From Octopus vulgaris (lineage: Eukaryota), in the NCBI GenBank assembly GCA_951406725.2, contig OX597818.1:64542001-64606000 (forward strand): a DNA stretch of 64,000 nt, read 5' to 3'. Within the stretch, counting starts at the first letter, position 1. Every line of letters starts with the position of its first letter. A program made the translations under genes and the position numbers. Below the pieces are notes generated by a model. It did not search any database. It had not been told where the DNA came from and saw only the letters and a list, made by a program, of their open reading frames with translations. Positions 42,608 to 55,760 of this stretch are shown in pieces.

Positions 42608-43887
42608 CGAGGGGCGTTCAATAAGTAATGCCTCTGACACACTTGCAGTTGTCTGAACTAGCTGCAATTTTGCATGTGCAATTACCTATATCTCTATCGA
42701 TTTAGTGGTGAATTACAGCTCTGAACGTATTGTGGTTTCTGATTTACAGGTGTTTGAACTGAGTCAAGTGTGAAACGGAGCCTGTTGAGTGTCAAGCAGT
42801 GATGCGGTTTTTGTATTTGAAAGGACGCACACCACGGGAGATTTTTGATGAAATGAAAGTAACTTATGGTGATGATGCCCCATCATATGACCTTGTAAAA
42901 CGCTGGCATCGTGAATTCAAACATGGTCGGAACTTTGTGGAAACAGCTCCCAGATCTGGTCGCCCCTTCTGCTATTGATGAGGCATCTGTCCGTCAAGTT
43001 GAGGCTGCCATTTTGGAAGATCGACGCATAAGTATTCGCCAAATAGCCCATGAGGTCAAGATTAGTACGGGGTCTGTGGAAACTATCATTCATGACCATT
43101 TGCATATGCAAAAGGTGTCTGCCAGATGGATTCCCAGGCTGCTCACACCTCTCCAGAAGCAAGAACGCGTCGATAGCGCGAGGATGAATTTGAAGATGTG
43201 CCAAGAAGATGAGTCAAAATTTTTCAAAAGACTGATTACAAAGGATGAAACCTGGGTCCATCACTATGATCCAGAGACCAAAGCCCAGTCAATGCAGTGG
43301 AAGCACCGTGACTAACCTCCTCCAAAGAAGGCAAGCGTGCAGCCCTCCGCTGGCAAGGTCATGCTCACAGTCTTCTGGAACCAGGACGGAGTAGTGATGA
43401 CAGATTTCCTGGCAAATGGTGCCACAATTACAGGAGTCTATTATGCTTCACTTTTGAGGAAATTAAGAGAAGCTATCAAAATCAAGAGGCGGGGCAAGAT
43501 CAGCAAAGGCATCCTCCTCCTGCAGGACAACGCTCCGATCCACAACTCGCGTGTCGCCAGATCAGAAGCACAGGCGTGCGGCTATGAACTCATCCCCCAT
43601 CTCCTGACCTGCACCCTCTGATTTTCACTTCTTCCCAGCCATGAAGTTGTTTTTGAAAGGAAAGCGTTTCCCAGATGATGCAGCCTTGATTTCTGAAGTC
43701 ACGTCGTGGTTGGAGGAACAAGCTGGGGTCTTCTACAAAAACGGTCTTCAGAGCTGTATCAAACGATGAGAGATATGCGTAACTCTGGGTGGTTCCTATG
43801 TAGAAAAAGACTAATAACTGTGCCAAGTTTCGTTGCTCTACTGCTATGGGACGTGGGTCAAGGGCATTACTTATTGAACACCCCTCG
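42608..43887 (+). mobile_element. Full-length (1280 bp) mariner DNA transposon, inactive
   Basis: TIRs CGAGGGGCGTTCAATAAGTAATGCC and GGCATTACTTATTGAACACCCCTCG (1 mismatch in 25). TA TSDs at 42606-42607 and 43888-43889. Confidence 0.96.
42775..43814 (+). pseudogene. Mariner (D,D34D-type) transposase pseudogene
   Basis: Motifs RSGRP, WIPRLLT, ITKDETW, QDNAPIH, PDLAPSDF, GSYVEKD*. Start codon reads ACG; frameshift at ~42967, stop at 43313, deletion in the HPPYSPD motif at ~43598, further stop at ~43767. Confidence 0.92.
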
Positions 43888-44462
43888 TATATATTACATA
43901 TGTACATTTTCGGTTCCACTTGTAAATTTAATTGGATCTGAGGAACATCAAACTTAATAATATTTGCGACTGTTTTCTTGGTTACTCATTCAACGGAATA
44001 TAGATGTCGAATTCAGTCAAATTGCAAACATACTTAATACAACAGAAGAAAATATATTTATACCTGTTATTAGAATATGCGTCGATTCTCAGATATAATA
44101 TTTTAACCTGTAATGGTACACATACCATTAATGATACACATAAATTATTTCAATTGACATCCCTGTATCATGTTTATTAGTCACCCACTGTCGATCAGCT
44201 ACTTTCTGCAGTATTTCCCCTGACATAAAATCTCTTATGGACTTGTTCTGTTAAGAACAAAATACACATCAGGAGAAAAATATGACATTTTATCTTAGAA
44301 GTGGCCAGATGCATCACCAGATACATTTTGATCACTTGGGGAGTGTTCAACGGCTGATACTTCATTTCAGTCTGCAAATTACAGGTGAAGTACATCTATC
44401 ACAAATGTAGTAGTTTAAAATGGAAGGTGATGCGGCAAGATTCTTATTTTTTAAGAGCCATT

Positions 44463-45202
44463 ATTGTGGACAACAACATAAGATGGGCCACTCATATAAA
44501 CACCAAAGTTGATATGGCCTGCAGAATGTGTTCCTGGATTCTCAGAACTTTCCAGTCGAGAGATATCCACACCATTATCCTTCTCTTCTCCACTTTTGCC
44601 CGACCCCACCTTGAATACTGTTGTCCACTGTGGTCTCCTCACACAAAACAAAGTATAATAAAGTTTGAAGCAACCCAAAGGGCAATCACAAAAAGGATAG
44701 ATGGCATGACAGGCCTCGACTATTGGGGTCGACTAGAAAAGCTGAAACTTTATTCTCTCCAACGTCGCTGTGAGCGCTACATCATCTGCATGATGTGGAA
44801 AATATTCCATCAGCATTGCCCAAATGATGTTGGCATCACATTTAAGGTACATCCAAGGCTTGGGCCCCGTGCCATCCGCCCACAACAAAAATCGCACTCT
44901 AATCTCATAACAACAATACTGCACAATTATTTCACCTCAATTGGCCCTGCTCTCTTTAACATTACACCAAAACACATTAAAACAGAAACAGACCCTATAG
45001 AGTTCAAGAAGTCTTTGGACAGATTCCTTCAAGAAATCCCGGATAAACCTCCTACACCCGGATATGTCTCTGTAAACAATAACTCCCTACTTGAGTGGGC
45101 CATAGTGCCCAAATTCTGACTTGAAAGACTTCATCAGGTGGTGCTATTAAGTTAGACATGGCCTGGGCCAATAATGGCCGAAACCTATCAAAGTATCAAA
45201 GT
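44463..45202 (+). mobile_element. Second 5'-truncated copy of the CR1/L2-group LINE at 2247-3814
   Basis: Highly similar to 3066-3806, with an open frame to the stop at 45119, the same 3' hairpin and an (ATCAAAGT)x2 tail. Confidence 0.93.
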
Positions 45203-45782
45203 AAATACCAGCTTTGTTATATAAGCAAAATTAGCATTTAATCCCCAGAAACGTAGTGAACATGAAGTGATAGTATTAATGAAATTATTAAATAAACCAA
45301 CTTAAATGCTAAGAGGTACATCAATGTATCAGGCCAAGAATCAAGAAACAAAATGGTAATAAAATAACTCTTTTGGGAAGAGAGGAGGAATATTTGAAAC
45401 AAATAAATATAAGAAAAACAATTGACAACACATCGCGCTATCAGTTTATTTAAGTACACAAAGCTATCTATAAATAAATATTATTTTGCCAGAGAACATT
45501 GCAAAAATTCCACAGAGTAGTAATTCATATGTTTTAGAAAGGAAAAAAAGAATCACACTGGGGGAATCTATTGTTTTGGTTTTCATAGTCTATAAGTAAT
45601 AAGTATTTATATAGAAATAAACAGGCTATTTATTAGAAATATCAATAACACGTGCCTGTTACTCTTGTGTTTTTGCGCAACACATTTTACAGGGAGAGAA
45701 TAAAATCGAGTTTTTGTGCAAATCTCTGAATGCGATCATCAATAATTGAATGTCAATTCATCATAAAACACATTTAATATCT

Positions 45783-45908
<126 letters not shown>

Positions 45909-46125
45909 TATATATAGCTGTTTATATACACATAGACAGAGATATAAATATATATCTATGCACATATATACATATATACTCACATATATAAAAATATATG
46001 TATATATAAAACTATACATATGTATGTACATCTACATATATTTATGTATATATATATGTGCATACATATATTCATCTATATATATGCATATAAAATATAT
46101 GCTAACAAATATATTTATATGTATA

Positions 46126-46168
<43 letters not shown>

Positions 46169-46341
46169 ATGTATACATGTGCATATATATACATACATAT
46201 TTAAATATATACATATATATATATATACACACATATATTTATATATATGTATGTATTCATATATATACATATATATATAATGAATCCAAATAAAGAAGAC
46301 GGAGGAAGAAAAATCTATGTATCTGTCACTCTCTCCTTCTT

Positions 46342-46417
<76 letters not shown>

Positions 46418-46968
46418 CCCAAACACATTCATTCATTCATATCCGTGTATCCATTATAACTATTATATCCGAGACATATCTTCTGGGAGAAATGATTTGA
46501 TACGAACATGTCCTTAAATCTTAAATAATGCTTCTCCCCCGCACCACCCATAAAAAATAGAAACACATTCTGCAATTTTCCGAATGAACTAATAGATGCC
46601 AAGTAAAATCCGAGTGTGATATATCATTCCCAGAGCAAAACGTCACGTGGGTTCTTCTTTGTGATTTTCAAAACGAGTTTATTGAATGTAAACTGACGTA
46701 GTTTAGTGCAAGTGCTAGTGTTAGAAAACAATAGAAAAATATTCCAGTCACTTTTTGTTTATCTAGTAATGTATGAAAAAAGTTATAGTTATGTAATTGA
46801 TTGAATGTTATCCTCAGTTTTAAAGAAAGTAACACGAAGAAAAATAAAAAACAAACAAATAAATTATGTTAGTCGAATATAAATACTTCATGTCAATATG
46901 GCTTAAAATATGCGCAACTGCGTCAGAAATATATATATGCAAAGGTGCCAATATATACATACATAAAT

Positions 46969-47008
<40 letters not shown>

Positions 47009-47048
47009 CGAGAGAGAGATAGAGAGATACATAGATACATACACACAG

Positions 47049-47109
<61 letters not shown>

Positions 47110-47254
47110 TATACATGTATACATACATATAAATGTCTATCTGTATGAGTGTGTATGTATCAAATTTAATACAGAACCGAAAGAGCTACTAATATTTTCA
47201 TACCATTATGATACCTGAACTGACATGCCTATATATATATATATATATGGGTGT

Positions 47255-47402
47255 GTGTTAAGTAACTTCTTTACCAACCACATGATTTCGGGTTCAGTCC
47301 AACCACGTGGCACCTTGGGCAAAGTGTCTTCTACTATAGCCTCGGGCCGACCAAAGCCTTGTGAGGGGATTTGGTAGAGGAAACTTAAAGAACCCCGTCG
47401 TA

Positions 47403-47446
<44 letters not shown>

Positions 47447-47665
47447 TATATATATGTGCGTGTATGTGTGTCTGTGTTAGTCCCCCTAGCATTGCTTGAC
47501 AATCGATGCTGGTGTGTTTATGTCCCCGTCACTTAGCGGTTCAGCAAAAGGATCCGATAGCATAAGTTCTAGGCTTACAAAGAATACGTCCCGTGGTCGA
47601 GTTGTCGATTAAAGGCGGTGCTCCAGCATGGCCGCATTCAAATGACTGAAACAAGTAAAAAGAGG
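47255..47665 (+). mobile_element. SINE family C copy
   Basis: Matches 16360-16740. Confidence 0.88.
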
Positions 47666-50519
47666 AAAAAAAAGAAAAGAGTATATAAGCATATACTTAT
47701 ATATATATATATATATATTTATAACGGTAATCATATGTATGTATATATATATTGATACACAGACACACACACACATATACATATATATATATAAGCAATT
47801 GTATGTGTTCGTGTGTTTGTGTGTGTATGTGTGTGTGTGTGTGTAAATGACTCTCTCTGTGTGTGCGTGTGTTTGCATATTAAGATTAGAATTTTTAATT
47901 ATGGACATCATATATTTACTCCATTCAAAAACTAAAATGTTCTATAGTTGAAGGAAATACTTTTCAAAACTATGGAAACAAATGTCAGGATGTGGAATCA
48001 TATTATTTGTAATCCTGATCATTCTCAAATTTGCCAAAGCGCTTTCCTTAAAATGCATTCCTTCAGAACAAATAATTTCGTTATTTATTAAAATGGATTT
48101 AGCAAAACACTAGACAAATAACGAATGGATATCAGTATGAGACCTATGGGGATATAGGAAATATTGTTAAATGCAAAGAAACTTTTATCTCAAATTGAAA
48201 GTTGACATGCGAAAAAAAAAATGAAAAAAACAAAAAGGAACAATAAATACCTTCATTTTATCAATGCTGATTGGATGAAAGTTAAAGGTGATATCGATGG
48301 AATTTGAACTCCGAACGTAAAGAGCCTAAAGTTATACCGTTACGGACTTCTTCAGATATTTTAGCAATTCTACAATCACACCAACCTTAATTATTACGGA
48401 GCAGGTGCGCGGTATCAATGTTTGTTGATATATTGATTTATTTGTAGGCGAAAATCGATGGAATCGGCTATAACATTTAACTGGGCTGTCATTTTTTCGC
48501 GTCGACAAGATTGATAAAATGCCAAACGTATACCAAAATTGCGTCGGCGGTCTAAGAGACCGGAATATTACCGCAAAATACTCCCTATGTCACTGTCGCA
48601 AGTCAGCCATTGCACTCTATTTCATTTAATGTCGAACATGGACCCAGGAACGGTTTTATTTGCAGTATGCGTCTGGAAACAGGAGAACGATAACGGGAAT
48701 ATCTCTGGTATATGTACCTAGATATCTCCTCATTCACCATCCACGCAGGATGTTTCCGCAGTTGCTTCTATTTCTATTGCGTTTATTATACTTTTATTTT
48801 GCCATAATTTTTTTGTTATTGATCAAATTTTGGGGAACTTTTCACTTGGACCGGCAGATTTAAATACTAATTTTTGGTAACTAAACACTTTTAAAGTTCA
48901 TATACTGGTAGAATGTGTCACACAAAACATCTTTTTCTCTGGGCGTACTTGAGAAAATTCTGTAGTTTGTAAGCGATCTGTTGTTAAATTTCTCGTATTT
49001 CAGCAATTTCAACCAATCAGTAACGTCTATTGAACCAATTTTTGTGCCATTAGCCAATAACATGATCATTTATTTTAATGGAAAATTTTACATTTAAGTA
49101 ACATATTACCGTCTGTTGTCTAAAACATAATTATAGCAATTTTAACAGCCTCGCATTCGAATAAAATTGCTATAAACTCTACCGTGTCTTCAGATACACT
49201 TTTCCTCTCTAAGTACAAGCCTCACCGCTGTCGATTTTGTACTTCGTCTGTTCGGGGTCCAAACAATACTAATCAGTTATTTCAACCGATCTTGAAATGA
49301 ATGGATTGAAAGAATCAATGATTGATTTAGAACTTTAGCTGCAATATTTATTTTAACATCTCTACCTTCTCCATAAATCTCCCGCGAACCACTGCCCCAT
49401 TCATTCTTACAAGAAAGAGAATGAAATAAAAGAACATTCATAACAATTTAGACTGTTTTGCTACTGTTTTTCCAGTCCCCACTGAACTTTCTCGAAATAT
49501 GCAAATATTTAGGAAAATCTATTTTCAATTTTGGTAATTTTATATTGTTTTATTTTATATTTATTGAAGTGAAGATATTCAGTATTGATTCCTTCTCTCT
49601 TAATAGGTTTCATTCGTGATGGAATTTGCCTTTGTTTTTAATCGATTTATTGATAACAATATCTATTTATTTATTTCATTATAAATACACTAGCAACTCA
49701 TTCTTCAATAAAAATGAAATCATTGAGCAAAGTGAATATTCATGGTTGGCACTAATGAAAACAAATATCTTTCTTGGACGCGTTACATTTCGGAAAATAT
49801 TGAGATGAATTTTGTTGAATGATAACGAAGAATTTAAAGACAATTGATTATCCAAAAGACTATGTATAATGTTCTTCGAGACTCGAATAAAAAGCCAAAA
49901 AAGAAAAAAAAAACACACCCGTGTTTATGGTTATGGTATCACATGATTATTCCAGTTTGTTTCTATATATAGAATCATATTGTTTCGTAGAATAACTATT
50001 TGTGTAAACATTGATTTCAACTGAAGAACTGAGGAGAAATAAATTTCAACATTTGGCATAGTTCCAGTGGCTTTTATGAGGAATGGGCTTAGTTGGTTAT
50101 TTCGACCAGAGTACTTGACGGATATTTAATTTATGGACCTGAAAAGGATGAAAAGGTAAGATAAGGCAGGATTAAGACTTATACGTAAAATGCCGGAATA
50201 AATACGTCCAGAACTCTGCCGATTGTTTCCAATTGCGCTTTGCTGCTGGCTCAAGTAAGCACGATGATAATTCCACAGAGATCAAGTATATATATATATA
50301 TATATGTATGTTATATAATAATTAGTGGCATCTTCATATATTAATATATTTTATATTTTATATCTTATATTTAAAGCATATCTTATACATGTATGTATAT
50401 TCTTGTAATTGTCAGTTTAGTAAATAAAGAAATAAGTTAACATAATATAGTGTCTAAAGGCTGATGAACCACCTATTAATCCCCTCCATTTTCTTATTGC
50501 TCTCTCTCTCTCTCCCTCT

Positions 50520-50807
50520 TGTTGTGAGTGGAGTGTCTATTGAGCGAAAACACGAGGCTCCGGCAGGAAGTGACGTGGCGAAACCTACTGTACTTTTCAC
50601 CACAAACTTCTCTCACTCTTTCTTCCTGTTTCTCTACCTGCATTTCAAAGGGCCAGCCCTTTGTGTCAAGCTGAGTCTCCCCAAGAGCTACATTATGCGT
50701 ACACGTCTCTGTGGAGTGCTCATCCCCTTGCACATTAATTTCACGAGGAGGATGTTCCGTTGATCGGATCAACAGGAACCCTCGTAGTCGCAAGTGACGG
50801 AGTGCTA

Positions 50808-50808
<1 letters not shown>
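50520..50808 (+). mobile_element. 5'-truncated, older SINE family A (tail variant 1)
   Basis: GAGCGAAAACAC...TTAATTTCACGAG...GGAACCCTCGTAGTCG matches 24005-24307. Confidence 0.8.
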
Positions 50809-50874
<66 letters not shown>

Positions 50875-51082
50875 TAGAGACCCCAAACGTGACAGAGGGT
50901 ACTGACTAGCACCGCTTATGCTAAAATAAGGCTTATATCTACTTCAAAGCCACTACAGGCCTATACTGCCTTATTGCTTTTGGGGTTAATTTATTCAATT
51001 TTGTGTCCTCTATTAATTTTGCTTTTAGGTTCTAATTGATAATAAGCCACACTTTTAATTTGTTTGACGTGTGTATTCAGAT

Positions 51083-51116
<34 letters not shown>

Positions 51117-51164
51117 CCATATCTTTATATCTAGTGTGTGCGTGGGGGTGTATGAGAGAGAAAG

Positions 51165-51215
<51 letters not shown>

Positions 51216-51533
51216 ACAGGGCTGCGGAATTTGATTTTGTTTTTTTTTTACAGGTGGCCTTGTAAAGAAACAGTTGCACCTTTTATACCTTCACTTAACA
51301 GGAACCTCTCTTTTCTTATAAAAAAATTCCTTTTTTAAACCCCTTTTTTCCTCTTTCTTACATTACCATTTGTGTGTACAAGCAATTCCTTCCTGCGAAA
51401 TTACTGTAGTCCTTTCCATATTTCCAGCAATATTGACCGTGTCCTCATCCCTTCAGAGGATCAAGTGTAAGAAATCCCACTCTTCTCGCAATCCTCGGTT
51501 CGGAACCCTTGTAACAATGATAAGAGCACTTAC

Positions 51534-51548
51534 CAAAGTGTTTCCCAT
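51534..51548 (-). CDS. Candidate first coding exon MGNTL of an unidentified host gene
   Basis: Minus strand GAG-ATG GGA AAC ACT TTG|GTAAGT, a perfect donor in phase 0, within a repeat-free island. No downstream exon could be confirmed. Confidence 0.25.
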
Positions 51549-52054
51549 CTCACGAATGTCTATATTTCTATACAAAAAAGATGCCAACAACACACGGTTA
51601 AAACATTTATGAAAGCAAATATGTTCCAACAGCTGCTTCACAATCGGTCTCTGGGGCCCGGAAAACCGAAATCATTACTGCCTTTTGATATACCACGGCT
51701 TATCGCAGACCTGTTTAACATCAGTGTTATATCCTTACGTCTCAAATATTGTAATACGGTTGATATTGTTGACGATAAACAAAGAATACACAGTAAAATG
51801 TCATAACAATACAAAACAGAAATAGCGGCAGTAAGAAATACGTAACGAACCAACAATCTTTTACGAACCAACGATCAATATTTCCAACAGACTAATTCGA
51901 AATGTTAACTGTACCTGGACTTGGAAGACCAAACTACGAACTGCGGAACACGTCAGATCACTACTATTTATATACAAGGCGCGGCAGAACTAACACTCTT
52001 TTATACTGATTCATGTTTCCAAGAGACAATATTTTTGAGGAAACAATACTAGAT

Positions 52055-52263
52055 ACGAAATGCAGCACGGATTGTTGTCAGTGAACGGGTCGCGGTCTTA
52101 AAGCGACGAAAATATTTTGACAAATTAAACTTAAATGTTGAAGTGAATCGAACGGCTTCTGTGTGTTTCTTAAATGGCTTACAAACACCTTCCACGCTGC
52201 AATTCTTTTCGTTTCAGCACACGATCTCAGATCAAATCACTTGCTATGCAAGTATATCTCCGT
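52055..52263 (+). mobile_element. 209-bp ribozyme-bearing insert nested in the MITE
   Basis: Perfect 10-bp direct repeat AATACTAGAT at 52045-52054 and 52264-52273; contains an HHR-topology motif. Confidence 0.75.
52075..52123 (+). ncRNA. Variant type I hammerhead ribozyme (G3:C8 core)
   Basis: TTGTCA-GTGAACG-G-GTCGC-ggtcttaaa-GCGAC-GAA-AATATT-T-TGACAA: 6-bp stem I, 5-bp stem II, palindromic stem III. Core is GUGAACG instead of CUGANGA. Confidence 0.65.
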
Positions 52264-54438
52264 AATACTAGATCGATTTCCTAAAACTTCTGTGATTTAT
52301 TTTTCAATAGTTTATTATTAGTTTCTTTAAAGAATGCAATAAATGTGTGTTCAATTAAAAATTACTTAATAAACGTGTATACGCTATAACATATATTAAA
52401 TGCAAAAAGGGTGTTACTTCTGCCGCACGCTGTATAGTGGTCGCACCTATTCTTGTCAGGAGGTGTCGTACTCTCGCTACAACAATTAGTAAAGTGCATG
52501 GTCTCGTGTTTAACTTGCTGCACTCACTATCATCAGATTATAGGTTCGATTCCCGCACTGGTAGGCATATGTTGTGCCCTTCAGCAAAACACTACATTTC
52601 GCGTTACTCTAGGGCTTTGTTGGATTGCCATGTCAAAAACTAAACCAGATGTTTACTCTGTATGTCCCAAAAGGTGATAAATAAAGGCTGAGTTAGGATT
52701 TGGACTCAGATATTGTAAAACCCTCATCAAACAGAGCATTGGTTGGATGGTAGTTGCCTGAGTGGGGCGATGGTACCATCCGTCTGGATTAGGATCTCAC
52801 AAGCAAATGGTAAATGCATCGAATTGCTCCTAATGCGTATGCTCCCATACCACTAAAAGCCAACAGTTATCTCAGAAGAATACGGTGAACAAGTGCGAAA
52901 GACATTCATGAACAAGATGCTACAAATATACGATCATGAGTCCAATCTCGTGTCGGAATTTATTTTCACTGGACCGGAAGCATAAACAAGGAAGTCAACA
53001 TGAGAAAACAAACATACACACACACAAGAAACGACAACTCTGACCAGACTCCATTAATATTTCTCTGGGCAGTAAACACAATGCTGGCGAAACATGTCGC
53101 CGCACACTGTATACTACAGATATTAAAACAATTTCAAATGGAATAGTTGACATAACCATTCACAGTTGATATAATATATTTCCACCGGAAATGGGGCAAA
53201 TAATTGTGAAAAGGACAGAAAGCAAAATAACAATCATCGGTAAGAAAACCGAAGTGATTTTTTTTTTTTTTCAGAATTAAACAAGTTTTTTTTTTCAACG
53301 ACAAACTCACACAGCATAAATCTAACATTTGGCTGCGTCATAAAATTATTGTCAATGATGGATGAGATGTCGCTAAAAATCAGTACCCTCATACTGCAAG
53401 CGATTTTGCTGTAGGAATAATAATTCTACGCTTTCCAACATTCAGTGACACGTGATCTTGAACAGAAGTAATTATTTCCCGCCCGCTCACGATCTCTTAA
53501 AGCACAAGATCAAAACCCGTATATGGGCTATGAGAACGGTGAACTCGACTGTCACAGTTTGGCACAAGATTCTTTATATAATTCCGAAGAGCAATCTAGG
53601 CTGCTGTGAAATATACCTGTAAATTCTGGCTATAAGCACCTTGATGTCAGTATTATTTATGTAATAAGCAAAGATTTGTCTCACTTCAAACCTATTGCTC
53701 AACTCGTCATTATGACTAAGAATGATATAGGAAATAAAATAATTAGAACGTTGTTTTCTTCTGAAATAAACATAAGTAGCAGCTATAAAGAGTTGAATAT
53801 AATCGATGTATTTTTGAGTAGTGTAGAGCTAAATATTTCACAGTATTTAAGGCGAAACGTAGCACAATGCTGACACAATGATTCTACGATTGACTGAACT
53901 AAACCATACAATATTATATTGCATTCTCAAATTCCTCTGCTTAGCACGAAATAAGAAGTCTGACGATTCTGACATTATATTTCATACTCTCTGAATTCTT
54001 AAGCATCCAACAAATTTTGTATTAACCTATCATTTACTAACTCTTTACATTCCGTTTTTACTTAACAGATTTTCCCCTCCACTTTCTTCATTTATACAAA
54101 AGAATTGGTATTATGAATTGAAAATCTCAGATTTCTGTCGATATCTAACCGTTCTTCCTATATATTTCAAAAGTTCTTCCTATATATTTCAAAGGTGTTA
54201 TATTCAAGAGCTCAAAAACATTCTTTAAAAAGGGTGACATCCTTGACAATAGATGCCATAATAATGCATACTTATTATTTGCACAGCAAATATCGTTTAA
54301 GTTTCCAAATAATGTTAATCATTGATAGTATGTAATTGTATGTGTGTGGGGAGGTATTATCATTATATTATAACACCTCATGTATATATTCAAATATGCA
54401 TGTGTGAGTATTGCGTATACACACATATAAAAGTATAT

Positions 54439-54473
<35 letters not shown>

Positions 54474-54557
54474 ACTAATGTAGGATATATATATATATAT
54501 ATATGTATATATATCTTAATGTAGGATATATATATATATATTATATATATATATATA

Positions 54558-55208
54558 CAACTAATGTAGGATAACATTTTTTTCGAAAAAACATTTTATC
54601 AATGGCCAGCATATCAAAAAATACCTTTAAAGGTTAAATTTATAAATAACTTATAAAGTAAGGGCAAAAGAAAAATTCTAATGCCAAATATGCCGAAAAA
54701 AAGAGAAAATTGTCAATAACACTTATAATTTATGCGTCTCGAAACAACCCGATAGAAATTTCTAAAAAATCCGTTATTACCGTATTGGTCCCAATTTCTG
54801 GGTTAATTCATAAGAATTTTCCCCTCTTCAGCGATAAATACGTGAGACATAAATGGAATACTTACTCATACCCATGGAAAAAGAAAGCACTAAGACCTGA
54901 GCAGACGTAAGTACCCCAAATATATCTAAAATAGAAAATCTTTGGCACAATTCGAGACACGTGTAATTCGAACTAGAAACTTTCACAGAATGAGAGAATC
55001 CGGAAGTGAACACTTAAATTTCCAATTAATGTAGGATAAAATTTGTTTCGAAAAAAATGTTATCAATGGCCAGCATATCAAAAAATACTTTTAAAGGTTA
55101 AATTTACAAATAACTTATCAAATAAGGGCAAAAGAAAAATTCTAATGCCAAATGTGCCGAAAAGAAGACAAAATTGTCAATAACCATTATAATTTATGCG
55201 TCTCGAAA
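54558..55208 (-). mobile_element. Partial-tandem ~465-bp retrozyme/pLTR-like unit
   Basis: Direct repeat 54558-54744 versus 55023-55208 (period ~465 bp), an internal HHR, and (TA)n flanks. Confidence 0.75.
54777..54837 (-). ncRNA. Type I hammerhead ribozyme
   Basis: Minus strand TTATCG-CTGAAGA-GGGGaaAATTCttatGAATTaaCCCA-GAA-ATTGG-ga-CCAAT-A-CGGTAA: 6-bp stem I (one G-U), extended stem II, 5-bp stem III, AUA cleavage site. Position 11.1 is A rather than C. Confidence 0.8.
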
Positions 55209-55214
55209 TAAGTT

Positions 55215-55262
<48 letters not shown>

Positions 55263-55304
55263 GGGGGATGTATACATATATATATACATATGCATATATA
55301 TCTA

Positions 55305-55341
<37 letters not shown>

Positions 55342-55589
55342 TTATATATATATATATTTAAAATTTATAAGTTAAAATTATTTAAATAATTTTAAAATTT
55401 TAACTTTTATATTTTTCTAATTAATTTTATTTCTATGTATTGGCTTATGATTTTCACTGTTTGATTTGCCTAATAATGGTTTTATCTCTAATTTAATATA
55501 ATGTATATATATATATATAAATGTGTGTGTTTGTATAAATATATATGCTTGCATATATCTATATTTCTAAAGCTGTATCTATCTTTCTT

Positions 55590-55637
<48 letters not shown>

Positions 55638-55639
<2 letters not shown>

Positions 55640-55760
55640 GTAACTTTGCGATTCGGCATGGGAGAGCGATACGATAAGTCCTGAGATCGATTGGCTTGAC
55701 TAAAGATGGTGCTCCAGCATGGCCACTGTTAAATGACTGAAATAAATAAAAGAATAAAAG
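55638..55760 (+). mobile_element. SINE family C 3' fragment
   Basis: GGTGCTCCAGCATGGCCACTGTTAAATGACTGAAA tail motif. Confidence 0.65.

Larger units (their letters stand above)
51975..52432. mobile_element. Tc1/mariner-type MITE
   Basis: Imperfect 28-bp TIRs CAAGGCGCGGCAGAACTAACACTCTTTT and AAAAGGGTGTTACTTCTGCCGCACGCTG. TA flanks at 51973-51974 and 52433-52434; no ORF. Confidence 0.8.

Noticed and set aside
53040-53105. GCGAAACATGTC as a hammerhead 3' half
   Set aside because: Upstream CTGACCA is not a valid core, stem I is absent, and GGCGA/TCGCC forms a simple hairpin.
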